Below are positions 38,109 through 49,100 of a stretch of DNA of 64,000 nucleotides, one piece after another. Source of the DNA: Macrostomum lignano (taxonomy: Eukaryota). The notes below the pieces were generated by a model. It had not been told where the DNA came from. It searched no databases and saw only the letters and a list, made by a program, of their open reading frames with translations. The translations under genes and the position numbers were made by a program. Location: positions 587,471 to 651,470 of the forward strand of contig NIVC01000364.1 in NCBI GenBank assembly GCA_002269645.1, read 5' to 3'. How positions within the stretch are numbered: position 1 is the stretch's first letter; each line of letters begins with the position of its first letter.

Positions 38109-39052
38109 TCACAGCAGCTGCAGCTTGCGCGATGACCAGCCCTGATAGTCATAGTCTGGCGGCTGCTGCGGGTAGGCAGCAGGTCGCAGGTAGTCATACG
38201 GAGGGTAGCCTGTAGCGCTGTACTGTCCGTAGGTCTGGTTGTGGTAGGCAGCGGCAGCGGCCGCGGCGGCTGCGGCTGCGGCAGCGCTGCGGTGCTGCTG
38301 CTGAACGCAGGTGGCGTAGGCGGAGCCGCCGTCAGTCGGGCTGTTGGGTCCGGCGAGGCGTCCGGCGGCCGAGGCGCCCCAGCCGGCGGCGCCGGAGTGT
38401 CCGGTAGAGTCGGTGAGGAAGTGCGCGGCAGCGGCAGCCGCGGCGGCGGCGTGGCCGTTGGCGGAGACGGCGGGGCTGCGCTTGGAGGCCTCGGCCGAGC
38501 CGGGCAGGCTGAGCGTCTTGGCGGGCGACGGGCTGCTCGAGTCGACGTCCTCGCACTTGACAGCGCCACCGCCGGCGTCGTGGAGGCAGCCGGTCATGTC
38601 GATGCCGGCGCCGCCGCCTCCGCCGCCGATGTTGGCGGCAGCGGCCGCAGCGGCAGCGGTGGCGGCGGCGAGTGCGGAGCCTCCGGCCAGCGGCGCGGCG
38701 GAAGCCGAGACGGAGACGGCCTTCGCTCCGTGTCCGGCGTGTCCGGCGTGTCCGGCATGTCCGGCGTGTCCAGCGTGTCCGGCGTGTCCGACCGGCTGTC
38801 CGGCGGAGGCGGCCGACACGCCGCAGTGGGCGGCCTTCTCGCCGGCCTCCTTCTGCTTCTGCTGCTGGCGCTGCTTGGCCCGGCGGTTCTTGAACCAGAC
38901 CTGCACCCGCGACTCCGGCAGGTTGATCCGCAGCGCCACCTCCTCGCGCATGAAGATGTCCGGGTACTTGGTCTTGCCGAACAGCTCCTCCAGGATCTGC
39001 AGCTGCGCCCTGGTAAAGGTGGTCCTCTCGCGCCGCTGCTTGCGCACAGGGG
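38109..39052 (-). CDS. otx: Otx homeobox gene copy B, coding exon 2
   Basis: Acceptor atttgcAG at 39054-39053. Same translation as copy A exon 2. Stop TGA. Confidence 0.95.
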
Positions 39053-39126
39053 CTGCAAATTGGAAAATGAAAACTTAGAGAAACTCGAGTTCGTCCTATG
39101 AATAGTGTGACAGAGTTCAGTCTTAC

Positions 39127-39301
39127 TGGAGTAGGCGGTCAGGGCCGGATGATGGAGCATCTCGTGATGAGCCGGCGGTGTGGCGATCCCGACGCCCAGG
39201 TTGCCCATCATGGCGAAGCCCTGCTTGCCCAGTCCGCTGGCGCCTCCCGGATGCGGGTTATAATTGAACTGCGAGCCGTGGTGATAGCCGCTCCAGTCCA
39301 T
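39127..39301 (-). CDS. otx: Otx homeobox gene copy B, coding exon 1
   Basis: Encodes MDWSGYHHG...HHEMLHHPALTAYS. Phase-1 donor GTAAGA at 39126; 74-bp intron; in frame with exon 2. Spliced protein is 372 aa. Confidence 0.87.
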
Positions 39302-40674
39302 CGCTCTACAGCTGGAATGAAATCACCAAACCTATAGTTGGTATTCAGTTCCCGATTTGAAGAACGATGAAGAACACCGGCAGCTGCAGTTCTTGTGTCG
39401 ATAAAATACTAAATAGAGAGCCAGAGAGGCCTGAGGCACGAGGAAACTTGAGCTCAGGACGATGGGTCCCACTGACACCGGGGCGAGTGGGGCGAGCGTG
39501 CGCCGAGTTAATGGGTCGGCCTCGGATTTCGGATAGACAGGTAGAGAGACGCAGACAGCGTATATGGGAGTTTTAGGGCGAGTGGCGTTGGGTGAAACTG
39601 TCGCTTGAACCCCACTCCCCCGTCACCTTCATCAGCACGGGCTGGGGGATCTCTAATCCCCAGCTGGAAAGAGGAGAGGCTGAGACTAAAAGCAGGCGGC
39701 CTGTCTGCAGGTGCACCACGCGGGGCCGCTGAACGGAGTTGCCGCATCGTAAGTCGAGTCGTCGCCATCGCGATGGATTTAGTAGGGGATTAGGGATATT
39801 CGGGTGGGGGCGGCGGGTCAGCGAGAGTTGGGGAACTTTCGGGACGGCCGATGGCTGTCAGAGGAGATGCTGAGGGGGGGGAAGTTTTAGCGAAATGGGA
39901 AGCCGAGTTTCGGAGCCCCATCGGAGCCACCCCCCCCCCTGTTGCCCCACCTGAGCTCGAGTTTGTCTTCTATTCATATTTTCCCTGCAATTGTCAGGGG
40001 AGAGACAAGCGGAGGATGGGCTCAAGCCATTTTTTTCATCAGCTGCCTCTCTCGCCCTGCTTTTGCCCCGTGTCTCCCGCCTCTTTCCCGGGGGCCCTGC
40101 CATTCGAATGGAAGGGATTAGCGAGAGGATTAAAGGACTGAAAACATGTCACTCTGATGGCCCGGGAGGGGTCGGGTGGGGTGGGTCGAGAGAGAGAAAT
40201 AGAGGAAGGGAGCAGCGCCTGCAGCCCCCCAGGGTGCAGAGACTGGAGACAAAAACTCGCTGGCGTAAGCAGCGACAGCTCGGCGCAGCTTCATCCCCAA
40301 TGGCCTGCCCTCTCCCGTATAGCCGCACAGGGTCTAAATAGGTTTTTCTTTGGCGCACGCAATTTCGGGATAAAAATGAACGGCGGTTTGCTAAAAATTT
40401 GTTAAAATCCGTTTTAAAACGGAATGACGGAAAACAGAAGCTATGGAGATGAAGGCGGGACCCGGAGTCGAAGGGGGCGGAAATAGGGCGGATTTGTCGT
40501 AAAACTGGGCGGTAAGGGGCGGATTTATTAATAAATAAGGAGGAAAACTTTATAATTAGAAATTTTACGAAACAAATGAGGCAAAAAATCTGTGGGAAGC
40601 AACAAAAATAGTAACCCAATTTGGTTGAGCAAAATGACCAGACAATGGGAGAATGCTGTTAAATCAATACTCAC

Positions 40675-41000
40675 CTGAATCGTTTGACACTTGAGATTTT
40701 AATAATAGAAAAGGCGGCCTTCGAAGCCTCAAAGCTGGAGATCTTCTTCTAGAAGGAGCCGGGCAAGGATGGGAGTCCCGCTGGAGGGGATTAAGAAGGG
40801 ATTTGGCGAGCGGGTTGGCGACTGCGGGACGAAGCGAATCGGGCAGCTGTGTTTGGACTGGACACGATGGGGCAGGGAGGCTGGAATAAGGCGCTAGCAG
40901 AAGCAGGCGGAAGATAAGCTCAAGAAATCTGCAGCGCCGGGTTGGAGCTTGGCGCAGAAACTGTTTCTGTCGCGGAGGCCGGCCAATCCGGCGAGTCCAA
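40675..41000 (-). other. Candidate non-coding first exon of Otx copy B (5' end uncertain)
   Basis: Consensus donor CAG|GTGAGT at 40674 on the - strand. Acceptor tttcattccAG at 39313-39312 lies 10 nt before the ATG. Confidence 0.35.
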
Positions 41001-41129
41001 GCGAACCGATTGGCTGCTGGAGATGGCGAGGCCACCCCTGTGCAGCTGCTCAAAACCTGCCTGCCTGCTCAACTGCTGCAGCCAATTTCTTTTTGCCCTG
41101 GTTACTGAGTTAGACAAGTGAAAAAACTG

Positions 41130-41550
41130 GGAGGAGCTGGGAGGATCTGGGAGGATCTGGGAGGATCTGGGAGGATCTGGGAGGATCTGGGAGGATCTGA
41201 GGATCTGGGGGGATAAGAGAGGATCTGAGAGGATCTGGAAGGATTTAAGAGGATCTGAGAGGATCTGGGAGGATCTGGAAGGATCTGGGAGGATCTGGGA
41301 GGATCTGGGAGGATCTGGGAGGATCTGAGAGGATCTGGGAGGATCTGGGAGGATCTGGGAGGATCTGGGAGGATCTGGGAGGATCTGGGAGGATCTGAGG
41401 ATCTGAGGATCTGGGGGGATAAGAGAGGATCTGAGAGGATCTGGAAGGATTTAAGAGGATCTGGGAGGATCTGGGAGGATCTGAGGATCTGGGGGGATAA
41501 GAGAGGATCTGGGAGGATCTGGGAGGATCTGGGAGGATCTGAAGATCTGG
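41130..41550. repeat. Minisatellite, 10-bp unit GAGGATCTGG with variants
   Basis: Direct tandem repeat. Confidence 0.92.
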
Positions 41551-42304
41551 GAGTTGAAGGAATTCAAATCTGAGGAAAATGCTTCAGCATCCTAGAACGA
41601 GTCCAGTCTGGAATAATCCCCATCACGGAATCGCTCAACACTAGTAGCTTCCATTGTTAGCGCAGATCAGCTCCATACTCCCTTCTCCATCATCCAGCTT
41701 CCCTTTTGCGCAGGTGTCCGACATATTCATTCGTTTTCTTCTTGCAAGAACTCGCGTGCCACGTGGCTAAGGCAATCTCCTCTGCACGCGGTCGGCCTTG
41801 CAAAAAAGGCTTCTGAGGAGCAGAGCTCAAGAGCTGGTGGGAGATGAGACTCGAAAATGAGGATGAGCAGAGGCAAAACCTATGTCACTTCTACCTGAAA
41901 TGCATATCATATATAGATGATCTATTTTTAATTAACTTAATAAGCTAAAATGTCTGTCTCTTCTAGAAGATCGGTGAGCTTCCTTTCACACGAAAGAAAC
42001 CCCGCAGAAGCTCGTTAGGCTATCTGCGAACTTTTTCTGAAAATTTTGCCTGATCTATGCGTAACGGTTTAGTATGCCTGTTTGGAACTGATTTCATGAA
42101 ATCTTGGAATGAGACTAGTTGAAGATGAAGATTACACTGACTCAGACTGATGGTTGTGTATTTGAAATAGGCAGCTGTTCACCTTAATATAATTTTGCAC
42201 TTATGCAAGATTTTCTTTTTACACTTTATTCTTTTACTCTGTACTATTTTACTATACATGACTTACTCTTTGACACAAAACCGCGAATTTCTGTCTGACA
42301 TGCG

Positions 42305-42770
42305 TCATTAGATGCATGTAGGTCTAATCAGATGCATGTAGATCTAATCCGATGTATGTAGATCTAATCAGATGTATGTAGATCTAATCAGATGTATTTA
42401 GATCTAATCAGATGCATGTAGATCTAATCAGATGTATTTAGATCTAATCAGATGCATGTAGATCTAATCAGATGCATGTAGATCTAATCAGATGCATGTA
42501 GATCTAATCAGATGCATGTAGATCTAATCAGATGTATTTAGATCTAATCAGATGCATGTAGATCTAATCAGATGCATGTAGATCTAATCAGATGTATTTA
42601 GATCTAATCAGATGCATGTAGATCTAATCAGATGCATGTAGATCTAATCACACATGATTAGATGCATGCAGATCTAATCAGATGCATGTAGATCCAATCA
42701 AAAAGGATTAGGTGCATGTAGATCCAATCAAAAAGGATTAGATACATGTAGATCCAATCAGATAGGAGTA
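42305..42770. repeat. Minisatellite, 20-bp unit GATCTAATCAGATGCATGTA
   Basis: Direct tandem repeat. Confidence 0.93.
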
Positions 42771-43544
42771 ACATGCATATAAATTTTAGACAAACAAATC
42801 ATTGAAAATTTTTAACCATATTGCTAGGTGCTAATTGCCCAATTCAGCAGCGTCACCGGCCTTGACGACGGAGGCTGGGGGTTGGCGTGCTCAGATTCGA
42901 AAGGATTTGGGAAGATCTAGAATGAGAGGATCAGCTAATCTGTTTGCTGACAAAGGAGCCGCCCCACCATATTTCTGTTCGCTTTGGACCACCGACGGAA
43001 CGAGAAAAGAGAGCGGAGGCCGGCCGGGGGGAATTAATTCGAAAAACACAGAGAAATTCATTTCCCAATATCCCCGACGCCCTTTTCGCCACTTTCATTT
43101 CCGCCCAGAAGCTGCTGATGAGGCTGGCAGGGCAGTTAATCTCCGTCTCCTTTGGCGCAAAAAGAAATTGTTGTCCGCCATGCCTAGCGGAGGACCCGAG
43201 GCCCCCCGCTGGGCGGGTGGGGCCCAAAATTATCGACGAGAAACTTTCGGAAGCTGCGGCCCCACTAATCCCTCACACGGGCGCGGGAGATGTTTTAGAA
43301 AATGGGGGGGAACAGCGCGCGAGGGAGCTTAGCCGGGATTAAATCCCCGAAACTGTGATGAGGCAATTTCGCGCAAGCCGAAGCCGAGGAAGACACAGAG
43401 AGAGAGGAGGGGAGGGGAGCTCAGACTGGGATTTCGATTCGATTTATTTTCCTTCTTCTGTGCCTCGCCTCCGAGCCACACCCCGAATGAGGCTGGTACA
43501 CCTGACAGCTCTGCATTCTTGGCTTTGATATTTCTTTGAGGCGG

Positions 43545-44210
43545 CAGCGGCGCCAAAACTGAAGGACTGAAATGAAGAGACAGCGGTGCCAAAACTGAAG
43601 GACTGAAATGAACAGACAGAGGCGCCAAAACTGAAGGACTGAAATGAAGAGACAGAGGCGCCAAAACTGAAGGACTGAAATGAAAAGACAGAGGCGCCAA
43701 AACTGAAGGACTGAAATGAAGAGACAGAGGCGCCAAAACTGAAGGACTGAAATGAAAAGACAGAGGCGCCAAAACTGAAGGACTGAAATGAAAAGACAGA
43801 GGCGCCAAAACTGAAGGACTGAAATGAAAAGACAGCGGCGCCAAAACTGAAGGACTGAAATGAAGAGACAGAGGCGCCAAAACTGAATGACTGAAATGAA
43901 CAGACAGAGGCGCCAAAACTGAAGGACTGAAATGAAGAGACAGCGGCGCCAAAACTGAATGACTGAAATGAAGAGACAGCGGCGCCAAAACTGAAGGACT
44001 GAAATGAAAAGACAGCGGCGCCAAAACTGAAGGACTGAAATGAAAAGACAGCGGCGCCAAAACTGAAGGACTGAAATGAAGAGACAGCGGCGCCAAAACT
44101 GAAGGACTGAAATGAAAAGACAGCGGCGCCAAAACTGAAGGACTGAAATGAAAAGACAGCGGCGCCAAAACTGAAGGACTGAAATGAAGAGACAGCGGCG
44201 CCAAAACTGC
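43545..44210. repeat. Minisatellite, 36-bp unit GGCGCCAAAACTGAAGGACTGAAATGAAGAGACAGC, about 18 copies
   Basis: Direct tandem repeat. Confidence 0.95.
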
Positions 44211-44919
44211 AGTATTAATGGAGATGGCTACAGATAAACCTTGGCTCATAAATCACAACAGGTAAAATAGAGAAATGAAATTCTCGATGAAAGTTTTCTT
44301 AAACAAAAGTTAGGGATCGAGAGGCAGACAGGACGTGACTCCCTGTTGTTCGAATAATTCGATTTCTGAGTTGGCGACTTTCTCACTCGCTCACTGAGTT
44401 TGACTGGCGGCCGGTTCTGACAGAAGGTCGTGCGGCGAGAGAGGCCAGCTCAAGATCGGTATCAAATTAAGCCTGGGCATATGGAACTGCTGATCGCAAC
44501 AGATCCCAGCAATTTTTTATTGCCTCCCATTGCGAGAGAATGGGGAAATTCGGATGAGGAGGTGGGTAAGGGAAAAGGGGGCCAGAAGCTTTTGATCATG
44601 CACCCACAGTCGAAATCCCAGCGAAGATGGCCAGATGACAGGTGCCCTTATCTTCCCTTGGCCAGTCGGTTCTTTGACAGAATTTTCTCAGCCAAGAAAG
44701 GATTGAAATCTGCGTTGCATGCTTGAGAAATCGGATGCGTGAAATTTTCTGGCAAAGAAATAAATCTTATCGGACGCAGGGCTCCACTTGAGTGGATTGA
44801 AATTCCGCAAATACGGCGCCATTCGGCTTAGCAACTGCAAGTTGTGCTTGAAGACTTTTTCTGAGTCTTTGAAATTCAGAATAATTTCGAATAGTTTAAA
44901 TTAAAGTTAGAGAGAGTCT

Positions 44920-45330
44920 TGGCGCCGAATAGGAGGATTAGCGCCGAATAGTGGGATTAGCGCCAAATAGTGGGATTAGCGCCAAATGGGAGGATTAGCG
45001 CCGAATAGGAGGATTAGCGCCAAATGAGAATTTTAGCGCCAAATAGGAGGATTAGCGCCAAATAGTGGGATTAGCGCCAAATTAGAGGATTAGCGCCAAA
45101 TAGTGGGATTAGCGCCAAATTAGAGGATTAGCGCCAAATAGGGGGATTAGCGCCAAATAGGGGGATTAGCGCCAAATGGGAGGATTAGCGCCAAATAGGA
45201 GGATTAGCGCCGAATAGGAGGATTATCACCAAATAGGAGGATTAGCGCCAAATGAGAATTTTAGCGCCAAATAGGAGGATTAGCGCCAAATGAGAGGATT
45301 AGCGCCAAATGAGAGGATTAGCGCCGAATA
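44920..45330. repeat. Minisatellite, 19-bp unit GGATTAGCGCCAAATAG(GA/TG), carrying 19 GGATTA (K50 homeodomain) sites
   Basis: GGATTA counted 19 times between 44935 and 45320. Confidence 0.92.
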
Positions 45331-45680
45331 TAAGAATTTTCGCCCCACAATAGCCAATTATCCCGGTGATTTCAGGATGCCGCACAAACTAATTACCTGC
45401 GTAGAAGCCATATAGAGATGGCCGGGCCCCAAATCAGTCAATATTATTAAGAAAGCCGAGCAACAGAGAAATATGCGGCGTCATAAATTAGACTCAGGCA
45501 CAGGACCAGCTCCCCCTACCAGACAGGCCCCTCAACTCGCTTTGCAGTCACACCTCGCACTGGCCAGCGCACAATTGATGAGCTGACTACGTGCTCAGTT
45601 GGCCAGCTAGCGGCGGCACCTTGGCATTTATCAACTTTCTGAACTCGAGAGAGCTTTTAATTAAGAAAAACTGCGACTTT

Positions 45681-45682
<2 letters not shown>

Positions 45683-45735
<53 letters not shown>
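45683..45735. repeat. (GA)n microsatellite
   Basis: Read directly. Confidence 0.95.
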
Positions 45736-45738
<3 letters not shown>

Positions 45739-46147
45739 CGTAGATTTGTTGCTGGACGTGCCGAAATGAGTAACAGAAAATGAAATTCTGACCAATTTTA
45801 ATAGTATATAGATATAATAGAAAGAGTTTTAGCAGGCCAATACCTACCTGACTAGTCCGCTATCATGGGGCGCATTGTGCCGGTCTGTAACTACAGACAC
45901 AATGCCTCATTTGCATAATCAGGCTCTGTTTGCCTAAATGGGCCATTGTCAGAAAATTTACATTCCGTTTATTTACTGCCAGCATATTGACCCAAGCGAT
46001 GAGAGTGCGATGTTCATTGCTGCAGTCTGGATGGCTTTTTATAGTCTTTTTCCAGACGCATTCTTTTTTTTGAGAAAATCAAGAGTTCACAGAAAAGACT
46101 TGGGTGCTGAGCTGTTCAAGTGAAGCTGAGTAAAACCGTGTTTTAAT

Positions 46148-49100
46148 TCTAGTCTGAGCATCTGGGAGAATTCTAGTCTGAGGATCTGGGAGAATTCTAG
46201 TCCGAGGATCTGGGAGAATTCTAGTTTGAGGATCTGGGAGAATTCTAGTCTGAGCATCTGGGAGAACTCTAGTCTGAGCATCTGGGAGAATTCTAGTCTG
46301 AGGATCTGGGAGAATTCTAGTTTGAGGATCTGGGAGAATTCTAGTCTGAGCATCTGGGAGAACTCTAGTCTGAGCATCTGGGAGAATTCTAGTCTGAGGA
46401 TCTGGGAGAACTCTAGTCTGAGGATCTGGGAGAATTCTAGTCTGAGGATCTGGGAGAATTCTAGTCTGAGGATCTGGGAGAATTCTAGTTTGAGGATCTG
46501 GGAGAATTCTAGTCTGAGCATCTGGGAGAACTCTAGTCTGAGCATCTGGGAGAATTCTAGTCTGAGGATCTGGGAGAATTCTAGTTTGAGCATCTGGTAG
46601 AATTCTAGTCTGAGCATCTGGGTGAACTCTAGATTGAGCATCTGGGAGAATTCTAGTCTGAGGATCTGGGAGAATTCTAGTCTGAGGATCTGGGAGAACT
46701 CTAGTCTGAGGATCTGGGAGAATTCTAGTCTGAGGATCTGGGAGAATTCTAGTTTGAGGATCTGGGAGAACTCTAGTCTGAGGATCTGGGAGAATTCTAG
46801 TCTGAGCATCTGGGTGAACTCTAGATTGAGCATCTGGGAGAATTCTAGTCTGAGGATCTGGGAGAATTCTAGTCTGAGGATCTGGGAGAATTCTAGTCTG
46901 AGGATCTGGGAGAATTCTAGTCTGAGGATCTGGGAGAATTCTAGTCTGAGGATCTGGGAGAATTCTAGTCTGAGGATCTGGGAGAACTCTAGTCTGAGGA
47001 TCTGGGAGAATTCTAGTCTGAGCATCTGGGTGAACTCTAGATTGAGCATCTGGGAGAATTCTAGTCTGAGGATCTGGGAGAATTCTAGTCTGAGGATCTG
47101 GGAGAATTCTAGTCTGAGGATCTGGGAGAATTCTAGTCTGAGGATCTGGGAGAATTCTAGTCTGAGGATCTGGGAGAATTCTAGTCTGAGGATCTGGGAG
47201 AATTCTAGTCTGAGGATCTGGGAGAATTCTAGTCTGAGGATCTGGGAGAATTCTAGTCTGAGGATCTGGGAGAATTCTAGTCTGAGGATCTGGGAGAATT
47301 CTAGTTTGAGGATCTGGGAGAATTCTAGTCTGAGCATCTGGGAGAACTCTAGTCTGAGGATCTGGGAGAATTCTAGTCTGAGGATCTGGGAGAATTCTAG
47401 TCTGAGGATCTGGGAGAATTCTAGTCTGAGGATCTGGGAGAATTCTAGTCTGAGGATCTGGGAGAATTCTAGTCTGAGGATCTGGGAGAATTCTAGTCTG
47501 AGGATCTGGGAGAATTCTAGTCTGAGGATCTGGGAGAATTCTAGTCTGAGGATCTGGGAGAATTCTAGTCTGAGGATCTGGGAGAATTCTAGTTTGAGGA
47601 TCTGGAAGAATTCTAGTCTGAGCATCTGGGAGAACTCTAGATTGAGCATCTGGGAGAATTCTAGTTTGAGGATCTGGGAGAATTCTATTCCGAGGATCTG
47701 GGAGAACTCTAGTCTGAGGATCTGGAAGAATTCTAGTCTGAGCATCTGGGAGAACTCTAGATTGAGCATCTGGGAGAATTCTAGTCTGAGGATCTGGGAG
47801 AATTCTAGTCTGAGGATCTGGGAGAACTCTAGTCTGAGGATCTGGGAGAACTCTAGTCTGAGCATCTGGGAGAACTCTAGTCTGAGGATCTGGGAGAATT
47901 CTAGTTTGAGGATCTGGTAGAATTCTAGTCTGAGCATCTGGGAGAACTCTAGTCTGAGGATCTGGGAGAATTCTAGTCTGAGCATCTGGGAGAATTCTAG
48001 TCTGAGCATCTGGGAGAATTCTAGTCTGAGGATCTGGGAGAATTCTAGTCTGAGGATCTGGGAGAATTCTAGTCTGAGGATCTGGGAGAATTCTAATCTG
48101 AGGATCTGGGAGAACTCTAGTCTAAGGATCTGGGAGAATTCTAGTTTGAGGATCTGGTAGAATTCTAGTTTGAGGATCTGGGAGAATTCTAGTTTGAGGA
48201 TCTGGGAGAATTCTAGTTTGAGGATCTGGGAGAATTCTAGTTTGAGGATCTGGGAGAATTCTAGTTTGAGGATCTGGGAGAATTCTAGTCTGAGGATCTG
48301 GGAGAATTCTAGTTTGAGGATCTGGGAGAATTCTAGTCTGAGCATCTGGGAGAACTCTAGTTTGAGCATCTGGGAGAATTCTAGTCTGAGGATCTGGGAG
48401 AATTCTAGTTTGAGGATCTGGGAGAATTCTAGTCTGAGGATCTGGGAGAATTCTAGTTTGAGGATCTGGGAGAATTCTAGTTTGAGGATCTGGGAGAATT
48501 CTAGTCTGAGCATCTGGGAGAACTCTAGTTTGAGCATCTGGGAGAATTCTAGTCTGAGGATCTGGGAGAATTCTAGTTTGAGGATCTGGAAGAATTCTAG
48601 TCTGAGCATCTGGGAGAACTCTAGTTTGAGCATCTGGGAGAATTCTAGTCTGAGGATCTGGGAGAATTCTAGTTTGAGGATCTGGAAGAATTCTAGTCTG
48701 AGGATCTGGGAGAATTCTAGTCTGAGCATCTGGGAGAATTCTGGTCTGAGGATCTGGAAGAATTCTAGTCTGAGCATCTGGGAGAACTCTAGTTTGAGCA
48801 TCTGGGAGAATTCTAGTCTGAGGATCTGGGAGAATTCTAGTTTGAGGATCTGGAAGAATTCTAGTCTGAGCATCTGGGAGAACTCTAGTTTGAGCATCTG
48901 GGAGAATTCTAGTCTGAGGATCTGGGAGAATTCTAGTTTGAGGATCTGGAAGAATTCTAGTCTGAGCATCTGGGAGAACTCTAGTTTGAGCATCTGGGAG
49001 AATTCTAGTCTGAGGATCTGGGAGAATTCTAGTCTGAGGATCTGGGAGAATTCTAGTCTGAGGATCTGGGAGAATTCTAGTTTGAGGATCTGGAAGAATT

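Larger units (their letters stand above)
35160..39059. repeat. Long inverted repeat: arms 35160-36108 and 38111-39059 (949 bp, 1 mismatch), spacer about 2.0 kb
   Basis: Manual line-by-line comparison; the only difference found is 35204 C versus T (position 39015 on the - strand). Confidence 0.95.

Noticed and set aside
35115-39101. Antisense and shifted-frame ORFs over both Otx exons (154-287 aa)
   Set aside because: Shadow ORFs of GC-rich coding sequence with no recognisable domains.
33088-39301. The Otx pair as a haplotype or assembly duplication of one gene
   Set aside because: First exons, introns, stop codons and UTRs differ and each copy has its own valid splice sites, so they are true paralogues. 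Only the degree of exon 2 identity needs read-level confirmation.
43545-44210. AGAC-NNN-GGCGCC in each unit as a BMP/Smad-Schnurri composite element
   Set aside because: The canonical element needs a 5-nt spacer; here it is 3 nt.
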